A stretch of DNA of 32,000 nt from Nitrosospira multiformis ATCC 25196 (lineage in GTDB: Bacteria; Pseudomonadota; Gammaproteobacteria; Burkholderiales; Nitrosomonadaceae), in NCBI RefSeq assembly GCF_000196355.1, contig NC_007614.1, forward strand, positions 3,120,001 through 3,152,000, given 5' to 3'. The notes under the pieces are model-generated. The model was not told the DNA's origin. It did no database searches and worked only from the letters and a program-made list of their open reading frames with translations. Below are positions 25,269-32,000 of the stretch, piece by piece (positions within the stretch are counted from its first letter, which is position 1; every line of letters starts with the position of its first letter). Made by a program: the position numbers and the translations under genes.

Positions 25269-26173
25269 ACATCTGGCTTTCGTATCACTGGCACGCTTTG
25301 GCGCTCGCCTTCAGGCGGCTGGCCTTGATCCCGTTCAGCACGCTGTTGACCTTGGGAGTGATCGGTATTGCCTTCAGTCTGCCAGCAGGAATTTATGTGT
25401 TTCTCGAGAATGTCGAGGCACTTTCGGGCCATTTTTCGAGCGGTCCTCAGTTGAGTCTTTTTTTAAAACTGAATGCGACCGAGAGTGACGTAGGAAAAAT
25501 TGAATCTTTTCTGAAAGAAAATCCGCACGTGGAGAGTTTCAAGTTCATTCCCAAGGCCAGCGCCCTTGAGCAGTTCAAGGAGAACCCGGGGCTGGCCGGA
25601 GTGATGGAGGGCCTCGAAGGAAACCCGCTGCCTGATGCGTTCGTTGTTACTGCCAAGGACGTCTCAACAGAGACACTCGAAACATTGAGCAGGGCCTTGT
25701 CGGAACTCCGGCAAGTCGAGCATGTGCAACTGGACTCTGCCTGGACGCAGCGTCTGGATGCGCTGCTCAAGCTGGGGCGGCTTGCGGCCTGGATGCTCAG
25801 CGTGCTGCTCAGCCTTCTCGTCGTTGCTGTGGTATTCAACACCATACGCCTCCAGATCCTGACCATGCGGGATGAAATAGAAGTGGCAAAGCTGATTGGC
25901 GCAACCAACGGCTTTATCTGTCGCCCTTTTTTATATTTCGGGGCAATACAGGGCCTGGTAGGCGGCATCGTCGCATGGCTCATCATCTCTCTGGGGATCC
26001 ACCTCACTGACGAGCCGGTAAAGCATCTGATGCAATTGTATGAAACGGATTTCCGCCTTTATCATCTTTCCATGGGAGATAGCCTGATCATGTTTCTGTT
26101 TTCGGCTGGCCTTGGCTGGCTCGGTGCCTGGTTGTCTGTCGTGAGTCATCTTCTGAAAATAGAATCCCGATAA
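25265..26173 (+). CDS. ftsX: Cell division permease-like protein FtsX
   Basis: 302 aa with ATGA overlap with ftsE. It has four TM segments with a periplasmic loop and the FtsX C-terminal permease domain. Confidence 0.9.
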   Translation: MNIWLSYHWHALALAFRRLALIPFSTLLTLGVIGIAFSLPAGIYVFLENVEALSGHFSSGPQLSLFLKLNATESDVGKIESFLKENPHVESFKFIPKASALEQFKENPGLAGVMEGLEGNPLPDAFVVTAKDVSTETLETLSRALSELRQVEHVQLDSAWTQRLDALLKLGRLAAWMLSVLLSLLVVAVVFNTIRLQILTMRDEIEVAKLIGATNGFICRPFLYFGAIQGLVGGIVAWLIISLGIHLTDEPVKHLMQLYETDFRLYHLSMGDSLIMFLFSAGLGWLGAWLSVVSHLLKIESR

Positions 26174-26210
26174 TTCATAAGGTTAAGGTACTTTACAATG
26201 AATAGTGGAG

Positions 26211-26256
26211 GGAACTTTCAAAAATGTTGACGCTCTTAAAGGGAAACGGTTAACGT
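26211..26256 (+). promoter_or_regulatory. Candidate overlapping sigma-E-type and sigma-70-type promoters of rpoH
   Basis: GGAACTT (26211-26217), 16 nt, TCTTA (26234-26238). TTGACG (26227-26232), 18 nt, TAACGT (26251-26256). AAGGAGG lies before ATG 26280. Confidence 0.4.
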
Positions 26257-26279
26257 TCACAGGAAACCAAGGAGGATAA

Positions 26280-27125
26280 ATGACTTTCGCTTTAACCGTA
26301 CCTTCTGCCGGCAGCCTCGAAAACTACATTCAGTCCGTCAACCAGTTCCGCATCCTTACTCAGGAAGAGGAACTGCAACTGGCCCGGTCGCTGCGTGATG
26401 AGGGCAGCATAGATGCTGCGCGCCAGCTCGTGCTGTCGCACCTGCGCCTGGTCGTCGCCATCGCGCGGGGTTACAAAGGCTATGGCTTGCCTCAGGCTGA
26501 CCTGATACAGGAAGGAAATATCGGATTGATGAAAGCGGTCAAGCGCTTTGACCCCGAGCGCGGCGTCCGGCTGGTTTCATTTGCAGTACACTGGATCAAG
26601 GCTGAAATCCACGAATTCATACTGCGCAACTGGCGCCTGGTTAAAATTGCCACGACAAAGGCTCAGCGCAAGCTATTTTTCAATTTACGCAGCTTGAAAC
26701 AGGCTCTCGATACCATGAGCCAGAAGGAAGTTGCCGAGGTTGCAGAACAGCTGGGTGTAAAGCCCGAGGAAGTGGTGGAAATGGAAACCCGCTTCAGCGG
26801 CCGCGATATTTCACTCGAACCCCTGTCGGAAGACGACGATGAGGAAACCTTCAGCCCCATTGCTTACCTGACCGATGGTTCCGAACCCTCCCATGTGCTG
26901 GAGGACGAGCAAACCATGCGTCTGCGGGGTGAAGGACTGGAGCAGGCGCTCGAGAGCCTGGATGCTCGCAGCCGCCACATCATCGAGGCCCGCTGGCTGC
27001 GGGAAAAAGACACTGCGACGCTGCATGAGCTCGCCGATGAGTTGGGAGTATCCGCCGAGCGTGTCCGCCAGATCGAAGCCAAGGCCATGCAGAAGCTGCG
27101 TGCGGTCATGGCGCCTGCCGCCTGA
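26280..27125 (+). CDS. rpoH: RNA polymerase sigma-32 (heat-shock sigma factor)
   Basis: 281 aa with the RpoH box QRKLFFNLR and region 2 DLIQEGNIGLMKAVKRFDPERGVRLVSFAVHWIKAEIHEFIL. It follows ftsYEX, as in many proteobacteria. Confidence 0.95.
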   Translation: MTFALTVPSAGSLENYIQSVNQFRILTQEEELQLARSLRDEGSIDAARQLVLSHLRLVVAIARGYKGYGLPQADLIQEGNIGLMKAVKRFDPERGVRLVSFAVHWIKAEIHEFILRNWRLVKIATTKAQRKLFFNLRSLKQALDTMSQKEVAEVAEQLGVKPEEVVEMETRFSGRDISLEPLSEDDDEETFSPIAYLTDGSEPSHVLEDEQTMRLRGEGLEQALESLDARSRHIIEARWLREKDTATLHELADELGVSAERVRQIEAKAMQKLRAVMAPAA

Positions 27126-27186
27126 TACCCCGGCGGAGTCTCTGTTCTCGAATCCAGATTGCGCAGCCCTAGTCCCCAAGGGGAGC

Positions 27187-27438
27187 TCAGTTCTGGTTGT
27201 TGCTTTCCGCCCACTGCTCCGGCGTCATGGTTTTCATGGACAGTGCGTGAATCTCCTGTTTCATCCTGTCGCCGAGTGCCCGGTAAACCAGCTGGTGCTG
27301 CTGCACCATATTTTTCCCCCGGAATTCCGGGCTGACGATGAGGGCACTGAAATGGTAGCCGTCATCCCCTTCCACATGCACCAGTTCACAAGACATGGAT
27401 GTCTCGATATGTGTTTTTATGCTGTCCGCTGTAACCAT
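27187..27438 (-). CDS. BolA-family protein (IbaG/YrbA-like)
   Basis: 83 aa with ...HVEGDDGYHFSALIVSPEFRGKNMVQQHQLVYRAL...IHALSMKTMTPEQW, typical of BolA. It lies downstream of the mla cluster. Confidence 0.8.
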   Translation of the reverse strand: MVTADSIKTHIETSMSCELVHVEGDDGYHFSALIVSPEFRGKNMVQQHQLVYRALGDRMKQEIHALSMKTMTPEQWAESNNQN

Positions 27439-27473
27439 CTATAGTTTCCCTTACTTTCCTGTAGTTTCCCTTG
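27439..27473. repeat. Direct repeat of the bolA ribosome-binding region (15-mer, 13/15 identical, 20-bp period)
   Basis: CTATAGTTTCCCTTA (27439-27453) and CTGTAGTTTCCCTTG (27459-27473). On the coding strand this reads AAGGGAAACTA(C/T)AG twice, with the proximal copy abutting the ATG. Confidence 0.75.
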
Positions 27474-27539
27474 CTGGCACTTGCCATAAAAAACGAGAAT
27501 GGGCATGAATGTATCCCGTTCCACCCCTAAAAACCATAG

Positions 27540-28295
27540 TCAGTGCCTGATCTTGTAGCCTCTTTTGAGCATTTGCAGCGTCAGCCATGATACCGCTATA
27601 AAGCACGTGGCTACAATGCCGAGACTGAAATAGGGTGAGATATCGGATGCGTGGAAAAACCCGTAGCGGAAACCATCGATCATGTAGAAAAACGGATTCA
27701 GGTGCGACAGGCCTTGCCAGAAGGGTGGCAATGAGGGAATTGTGTAGAAGACGCCGGATAAAAACGTCAGCGGCAGAATGACAAAATTCTGGAACGCGGC
27801 GAGCTGATCGAATTTTTCCGCCCAGATACCGGCAATGACGCCCATAGCTCCCAGCAATGCGCTGCCGATCAACGCAAACATCAGCACCCAGGAGAACGAG
27901 GACAGGGGCACATCGAAGAACACCAGGGTAACCAGGTAGACGCCCAGACCCACTGCCAGACCTCGCACGACCGACGCAGTGACGTAGGCGAAAAATATTT
28001 CGTGATACGAAAGCGGCGACAGCAGGATAAAAACCAGATTACCGGTGATCTTGGACTGGATGAGACTCGATGAGGAGTTGGCGAAAGCGTTTTGCAGCAT
28101 CGCCATCATCACCAGGCCAGGCACGAGAAAAACTGTATACGCAACACCGGGGTACGCTTGTACATGCTCTTCCAGCACGTGCGAAAAAATCAGGAGATAT
28201 AGCAGGGTGGATACCATGGGCGCGAATACCGTCTGGAATCCGACTTTCCAGAATCGCAGCAACTCCTTGTAGAGCAGTGTGAGAAACCCGGTCAT
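27540..28295 (-). CDS. ABC-2 type transporter permease (YadH-like)
   Basis: 251 aa with six predicted TM helices and ATGA overlap with the upstream ATPase gene. Confidence 0.8.
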   Translation of the reverse strand: MTGFLTLLYKELLRFWKVGFQTVFAPMVSTLLYLLIFSHVLEEHVQAYPGVAYTVFLVPGLVMMAMLQNAFANSSSSLIQSKITGNLVFILLSPLSYHEIFFAYVTASVVRGLAVGLGVYLVTLVFFDVPLSSFSWVLMFALIGSALLGAMGVIAGIWAEKFDQLAAFQNFVILPLTFLSGVFYTIPSLPPFWQGLSHLNPFFYMIDGFRYGFFHASDISPYFSLGIVATCFIAVSWLTLQMLKRGYKIRH

Positions 28296-29221
28296 ACGGA
28301 TAGGGCCTCGGGCTGCCTGATTTTGTGTGTGCCCATGATCCGTATGAATACCTCTTCCAGATCAGGCTGCAACACCTGCATCTCGAGTACTTGCAGTGCT
28401 GCTGTGCGCAATGTGGCCATGACCTGCTCGAGTTGGGAATACTCTGCCAGGGTCAGTATGTAGCAACCCTCTTCGCGGCTGCTCATTAGCGGTTGTAGTG
28501 CGGGAGGCAGCGTGTCGGGCATCAGCCGCAGCCGCACGAAACATCCCGATACGCTGCTGGTCAGGTTTCTGATGCTGTCTAGGGCAACGATATTGCCTTG
28601 CTTCATCATTGCCACGCGGCTGCAGAGCGCTTCCGCTTCCTCGAGATAATGAGTGGTCAATACGATGGTATGGCCTTCCCGATTCAACTGCTTGATGAAG
28701 CGCCAGAGTCCCTGGCGCAACTCGACGTCCACCCCGGCGGTCGGCTCATCCAGCACGATGACCGGCGGTTTGTGCACCAATGCCTGGGCCACCAGTACGC
28801 GCCGCTTCATGCCGCCTGAGAGCGCTCGCATGTTGGTATCGGCTTTATCCGCGAGATCGAGATGATGGATGATTTCCTCTATCCACGGGCCATTGTTCTT
28901 CAACCCGTAATATCCCGATTGAATGGCCAGGGTTTCGCGGACAGTAAAAAACGGATCGAAAACCAGCTCCTGCGGAACCACGCCCAGCATGCGTCGCGCT
29001 TCACGGTAATGGGAGACCACATCGTATCCCATCACCCGCGCCCGGCCGCTGGTTGCGCGGGTGAGCCCTGCCACGATGTTGATAAGCGTGGTCTTGCCCG
29101 CGCCGTTGGGGCCCAGCAAGGCAAAAAACTCGCCTGGGTCTACCTTGAGATCGATGCCCCCCAGAACTTGCAGTGCACCATAACGTTTGTGCATCTGCTC
29201 CACTTCTATGGCGGGTGTCAT
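28292..29221 (-). CDS. ABC transporter ATP-binding protein (YadG-like)
   Basis: 309 aa with Walker A GPNGAGKTT, the signature LSGGMKRR, and Walker B VIVLDEPTAGVD. Confidence 0.9.
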   Translation of the reverse strand: MTPAIEVEQMHKRYGALQVLGGIDLKVDPGEFFALLGPNGAGKTTLINIVAGLTRATSGRARVMGYDVVSHYREARRMLGVVPQELVFDPFFTVRETLAIQSGYYGLKNNGPWIEEIIHHLDLADKADTNMRALSGGMKRRVLVAQALVHKPPVIVLDEPTAGVDVELRQGLWRFIKQLNREGHTIVLTTHYLEEAEALCSRVAMMKQGNIVALDSIRNLTSSVSGCFVRLRLMPDTLPPALQPLMSSREEGCYILTLAEYSQLEQVMATLRTAALQVLEMQVLQPDLEEVFIRIMGTHKIRQPEALSV

Positions 29222-29360
29222 GTGGGGATAAAGGAGGAAGGAACCAAAACGAAACCGTAATGCATTCGCCAGAAGCCGGGGTGCAGGTGAGCAGGAAACA
29301 TACCGTTACGCGATTCCTTGGCGACAACTGATCTGCAAGCGGCAGACTGGTTTCTGCGAA

Positions 29361-29651
29361 TTATGCCCCACTCATCAATTCGGATACCCCGTACAGTTGC
29401 ACGAGGCTCTGCAGATTCCGGGACATATTGAGAAAGCGTATCTTGCGATGGTGGCGTGCTGCCTCGCGCCGCCATTCCAGCATTAAGCTGACGGCAGCGG
29501 AATCGGCTTCGGTAACCCGTCCCAGATCGATTATCACCTCTGCCCCGTCAAACAAAGCCACACCGTTCGCAACCACCGAAACGACGTTATCGATCGTAAT
29601 CGATCCTTCGACGCTGAGTTCCCCGCCCTCACGCCGGACGATAGTGGTCAT
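29361..29651 (-). CDS. mlaB: STAS-domain protein, MlaB-like
   Basis: 96 aa with an anti-sigma-antagonist-like fold (...IDLGRVTEADSAAVSLMLEWRREA...). It lies directly after mlaC. Confidence 0.7.
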   Translation of the reverse strand: MTTIVRREGGELSVEGSITIDNVVSVVANGVALFDGAEVIIDLGRVTEADSAAVSLMLEWRREAARHHRKIRFLNMSRNLQSLVQLYGVSELMSGA

Positions 29652-29654
29652 CGG

Positions 29655-30311
29655 CTACTGCGTGGCTACCGTCTTTAATTCGCCGGCTGCTTTTTTATCG
29701 TTAGCGGCCAGCGCACGGTTCTTGTCCCCGAGGGTTTTCAGTAATTTTTCCACACCGCCTTCACGCACCTGGCTATTGAACGTGCTGCGGTAATTCGTGA
29801 CGAGGCTTACGCCTGCCACTGTCACATCGTAGACTTTCCACCCGTCCCCTGTTTTTTCCATGCTGTAGTCGATATCCACGGGTTGCCCGCTATCCTGCAT
29901 GACTTTGGTTTTGACGGTGGTATCCGTGTCCTCTGCCTTGCTCCTGACCGGCTCAACCTTGATCTTGTAGTCACTGTAGGTACTGAGGGCATTGGAGTAA
30001 GTCCTCACTAGCAACGTACGGAACTCTTTCACCAATTCCTCCTGTTGCTGTGGGGTTGCCTTATTCCAGTTCTTGCCCATGGCGAGTCGGGTCATGCGGG
30101 TGAAGTTGAAATGCGGTAGAACCTTGGCTTCGACCAGATCAAGAATCTTGGCCATATTGCCCGCACGCAGCTCCTTGTCCTGCCGAACGATCGACAATAC
30201 TTCCTGAGCGGTGTTATCCACCAGCGTATCAGGACTGATTTCTGCGGCGGCAGCAGGGAATGCGACCAGCCAGGTTGCCAGCAGACCTGAGATACCAAGA
30301 TATTTTTTCAT
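29655..30311 (-). CDS. mlaC: Phospholipid-binding periplasmic protein MlaC (Ttg2D family)
   Basis: 218 aa with a signal peptide MKKYLGISGLLATWLVAFPAAAA. It has FNFTRMTRLAMGKNW and FRTLLVRTYS, typical of MlaC. Confidence 0.85.
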   Translation of the reverse strand: MKKYLGISGLLATWLVAFPAAAAEISPDTLVDNTAQEVLSIVRQDKELRAGNMAKILDLVEAKVLPHFNFTRMTRLAMGKNWNKATPQQQEELVKEFRTLLVRTYSNALSTYSDYKIKVEPVRSKAEDTDTTVKTKVMQDSGQPVDIDYSMEKTGDGWKVYDVTVAGVSLVTNYRSTFNSQVREGGVEKLLKTLGDKNRALAANDKKAAGELKTVATQ

Positions 30312-30469
30312 GATTTCCTCGCTTGATTAGACTGCTCAATACACGAAATGCTTATGCGGTTGCGCTTCCCGTGCCCGCATCAACTGCTCCTGCTTCCTGC
30401 CCGCAGGCCCTTATCCGTGAAATACGGGACACGGAGCCACCGCAGGCGTTGGACTTGTTACTGCCCTTT

Positions 30470-30955
30470 CTAGTTCTTGTCGGAATTTTCACTGCTGCCT
30501 CCTTCTGAGGCCTTATTGAACAAAAATTTCCCGATCATTTCTTCCAGAACAAGGGCAGAATTGGTTTTCATGATGGTGTCGCCATCCTTGAGCGTCGCTT
30601 CATCCCCCCCGGCAGCCAGGCCGATATATTGCTCCCCGATCAAACCGGAGGTAAGGATGCTGGCAAAAGTATCCTTGGGAAATTTATAACGGCTGTCAAT
30701 ATTCATGATCACCAGAGCGTCATATGTCTCCGTGCTGAACCGGATGTCCGTCACCCGGCCGACGACGACACCGGCACTCTTTACCGGCGCCCGCACTTTC
30801 AACCCTCCGATGTTTTCGAAGTTGCCTGTCACCTGATAGCTGTCACTCGCGCTATAAGTACCAAGATTGCCGACTTTCAACGCCAGCACGAGCAATGCGC
30901 CGATACCTGCCATGACGAACAGTCCTACCCACAAATCCATTGTTGCGCGCTGCAT
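30470..30955 (-). CDS. mlaD: Outer-membrane lipid asymmetry MCE-domain protein MlaD
   Basis: 161 aa with an N-terminal TM anchor and an MCE domain (GLKVRAPVKSAGVVVGRVTDI). Confidence 0.85.
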   Translation of the reverse strand: MQRATMDLWVGLFVMAGIGALLVLALKVGNLGTYSASDSYQVTGNFENIGGLKVRAPVKSAGVVVGRVTDIRFSTETYDALVIMNIDSRYKFPKDTFASILTSGLIGEQYIGLAAGGDEATLKDGDTIMKTNSALVLEEMIGKFLFNKASEGGSSENSDKN

Positions 30956-31752
30956 CAGCCCATTCCCCTGAACATGAACGAGGTCAAGATAAAATCGAGT
31001 CCAAGAATTGCGAGTGAAGAAGTCACCACGGTGCGGGTTGTGGCACCGGATACGCCCTCGGCCGTGGGCGCCGCATCATACCCCTCGAACACGGCGATTG
31101 CCGTCACCGCGATGCCGAAAACACAGGTTTTTATGATGCCGTTGACCACATCGTAGCGGAAATCGACGGCGCTTTGCATTTGCGACCAGAACGAACCTTC
31201 ATCCACTCCGATAAGTACGACAGCCACCAGATAGCCGCCATAGATGCCTATGGCGGAAAACAATGCTGCCAGCAACGGCATTGAAATCACGCCCGCCCAG
31301 AACCGGGGCGCGACTACGCGCGCAATCGGATCTACAGCCATCATTTCCATTGCCGCCAGTTGCTCGGTCGCTTTCATCAGCCCGATTTCCGCTGTGATTG
31401 CCGAACCGGCGCGGCTGGCGAACAACAGCGCGGACACTACAGGCCCCAATTCGCGTAGCAATGACAACGCCACCATGGTGCCTACCGCAGATTCTGCTCC
31501 ATAGCGCTGCAAGGTTTCGAAGCCTTGCAAGCCGAGTACCATGCCGACAAAAAGCCCTGACACGAGGATGATGATGAGCGACTGTACTCCGGTAAAATAA
31601 AGCTCCCGTATCACCAGGGTAAAGCGGCGCAGACTGGTCCCGGACTTGATCAAGGTCAGCAGGAAGAAACGGCTGGCGTAGCCCAAGCGCCAGATACTGT
31701 CTATGACGCGATGACCGACGCTCTGGATACCAGTTACGATACGCCTAGGCAA
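30955..31752 (-). CDS. mlaE: Phospholipid ABC transporter permease MlaE
   Basis: 265 aa, polytopic, with the conserved ...REL(G)PVVSALLFASRAGSAITAEIG... It overlaps mlaD by 1 nt (TGATG). Confidence 0.9.
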   Translation of the reverse strand: MPRRIVTGIQSVGHRVIDSIWRLGYASRFFLLTLIKSGTSLRRFTLVIRELYFTGVQSLIIILVSGLFVGMVLGLQGFETLQRYGAESAVGTMVALSLLRELGPVVSALLFASRAGSAITAEIGLMKATEQLAAMEMMAVDPIARVVAPRFWAGVISMPLLAALFSAIGIYGGYLVAVVLIGVDEGSFWSQMQSAVDFRYDVVNGIIKTCVFGIAVTAIAVFEGYDAAPTAEGVSGATTRTVVTSSLAILGLDFILTSFMFRGMG

Positions 31753-32000
31753 AACTGCCCTCCAGTTTCAGATCCTGCGCATAGGGCCTGGCGGGATAGT
31801 GAAACGAGACGGGACCGTCTTCTTCCCCATGAACGAACTGATGTACAAACGGTGCAACCGATCGGCGCACCTCGTCCGGCGTGCCATGGGCCGCAATCAC
31901 TCCGTCCGCGATGAAATAAACGTAGTCGACAATTTTCAAGGATTCCTGGACGTCGTGCGTTACGACGATGGAGGTCATGCCCAAGGCATCGGTCAGGCGT
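31745..32000 (-). CDS. mlaF: Phospholipid ABC transporter ATP-binding protein MlaF, C-terminal part; the gene starts beyond the window end
   Basis: The frame is open to the window edge: ...RLTDALGMTSIVVTHDVQESLKIVDYVYFIADGVIAAHGTPDEV... (H-loop region). It overlaps mlaE by 8 nt. Confidence 0.9.
   Translation of the reverse strand, partial: RLTDALGMTSIVVTHDVQESLKIVDYVYFIADGVIAAHGTPDEVRRSVAPFVHQFVHGEEDGPVSFHYPARPYAQDLKLEGSFA

Noticed and set aside
21186-26007. Antisense ORFs 21186..21851, 22057..22977, 23519..24283, 24465..25250 and 25447..26007
   Set aside because: Each lies opposite a confidently identified gene (M16 peptidases, ftsY, ftsE, ftsX) and lacks any recognisable domain.
25286-27480. 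TGGCAC hexamers (25288-25293 inside ftsX; 27475-27480) as sigma-54 -24 elements
   Set aside because: Neither is followed by a TTGC -12 element at the required 10-bp GG-to-GC spacing. One of them is intragenic.

Overview
About 32 kb of proteobacterial chromosome. Gene order and PEP-CTERM usage suggest a betaproteobacterium, but the taxon cannot be verified without a search. The core blocks are: yebC-ruvC-ruvA-ruvB (1-2428, minus strand); a ThiO-like FAD oxidase; tRNA-Lys(UUU); dnaE and yggS; ferredoxin-coaD-rsmD and two M16 peptidases (minus) divergent from ftsY-ftsE-ftsX-rpoH; and mlaFEDCB followed by an ABC-2 transporter and bolA (minus). Between tRNA-Lys (ends 3965) and about 13.4 kb lies a patchy accessory tract. 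It holds an AT-rich islet with an intact stand-alone HSDR_N-type PD-(D/E)xK nuclease, a decayed PIN/VapC-like toxin remnant, and a PAS-PAS-GGDEF gene whose EAL domain is frame-broken and truncated. It also holds an isolated fused dihydroxyacetone kinase flanked by gene-poor DNA, and three signal-peptide proteins, one of them a PEP-CTERM PhoX-like propeller. I saw no CRISPR array, integrase, transposase or rRNA. The most notable points are the orphan nuclease islet at the tRNA, a ruvC with no canonical start codon (ATC at the expected Met position), the decaying GGDEF-EAL gene, and several perfect palindromes and tandem duplications in intergenic DNA. I found no compelling multi-gene novel system; the best candidate is the single-gene nuclease. 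All calls come from reading translations and motifs by eye, with no database search.
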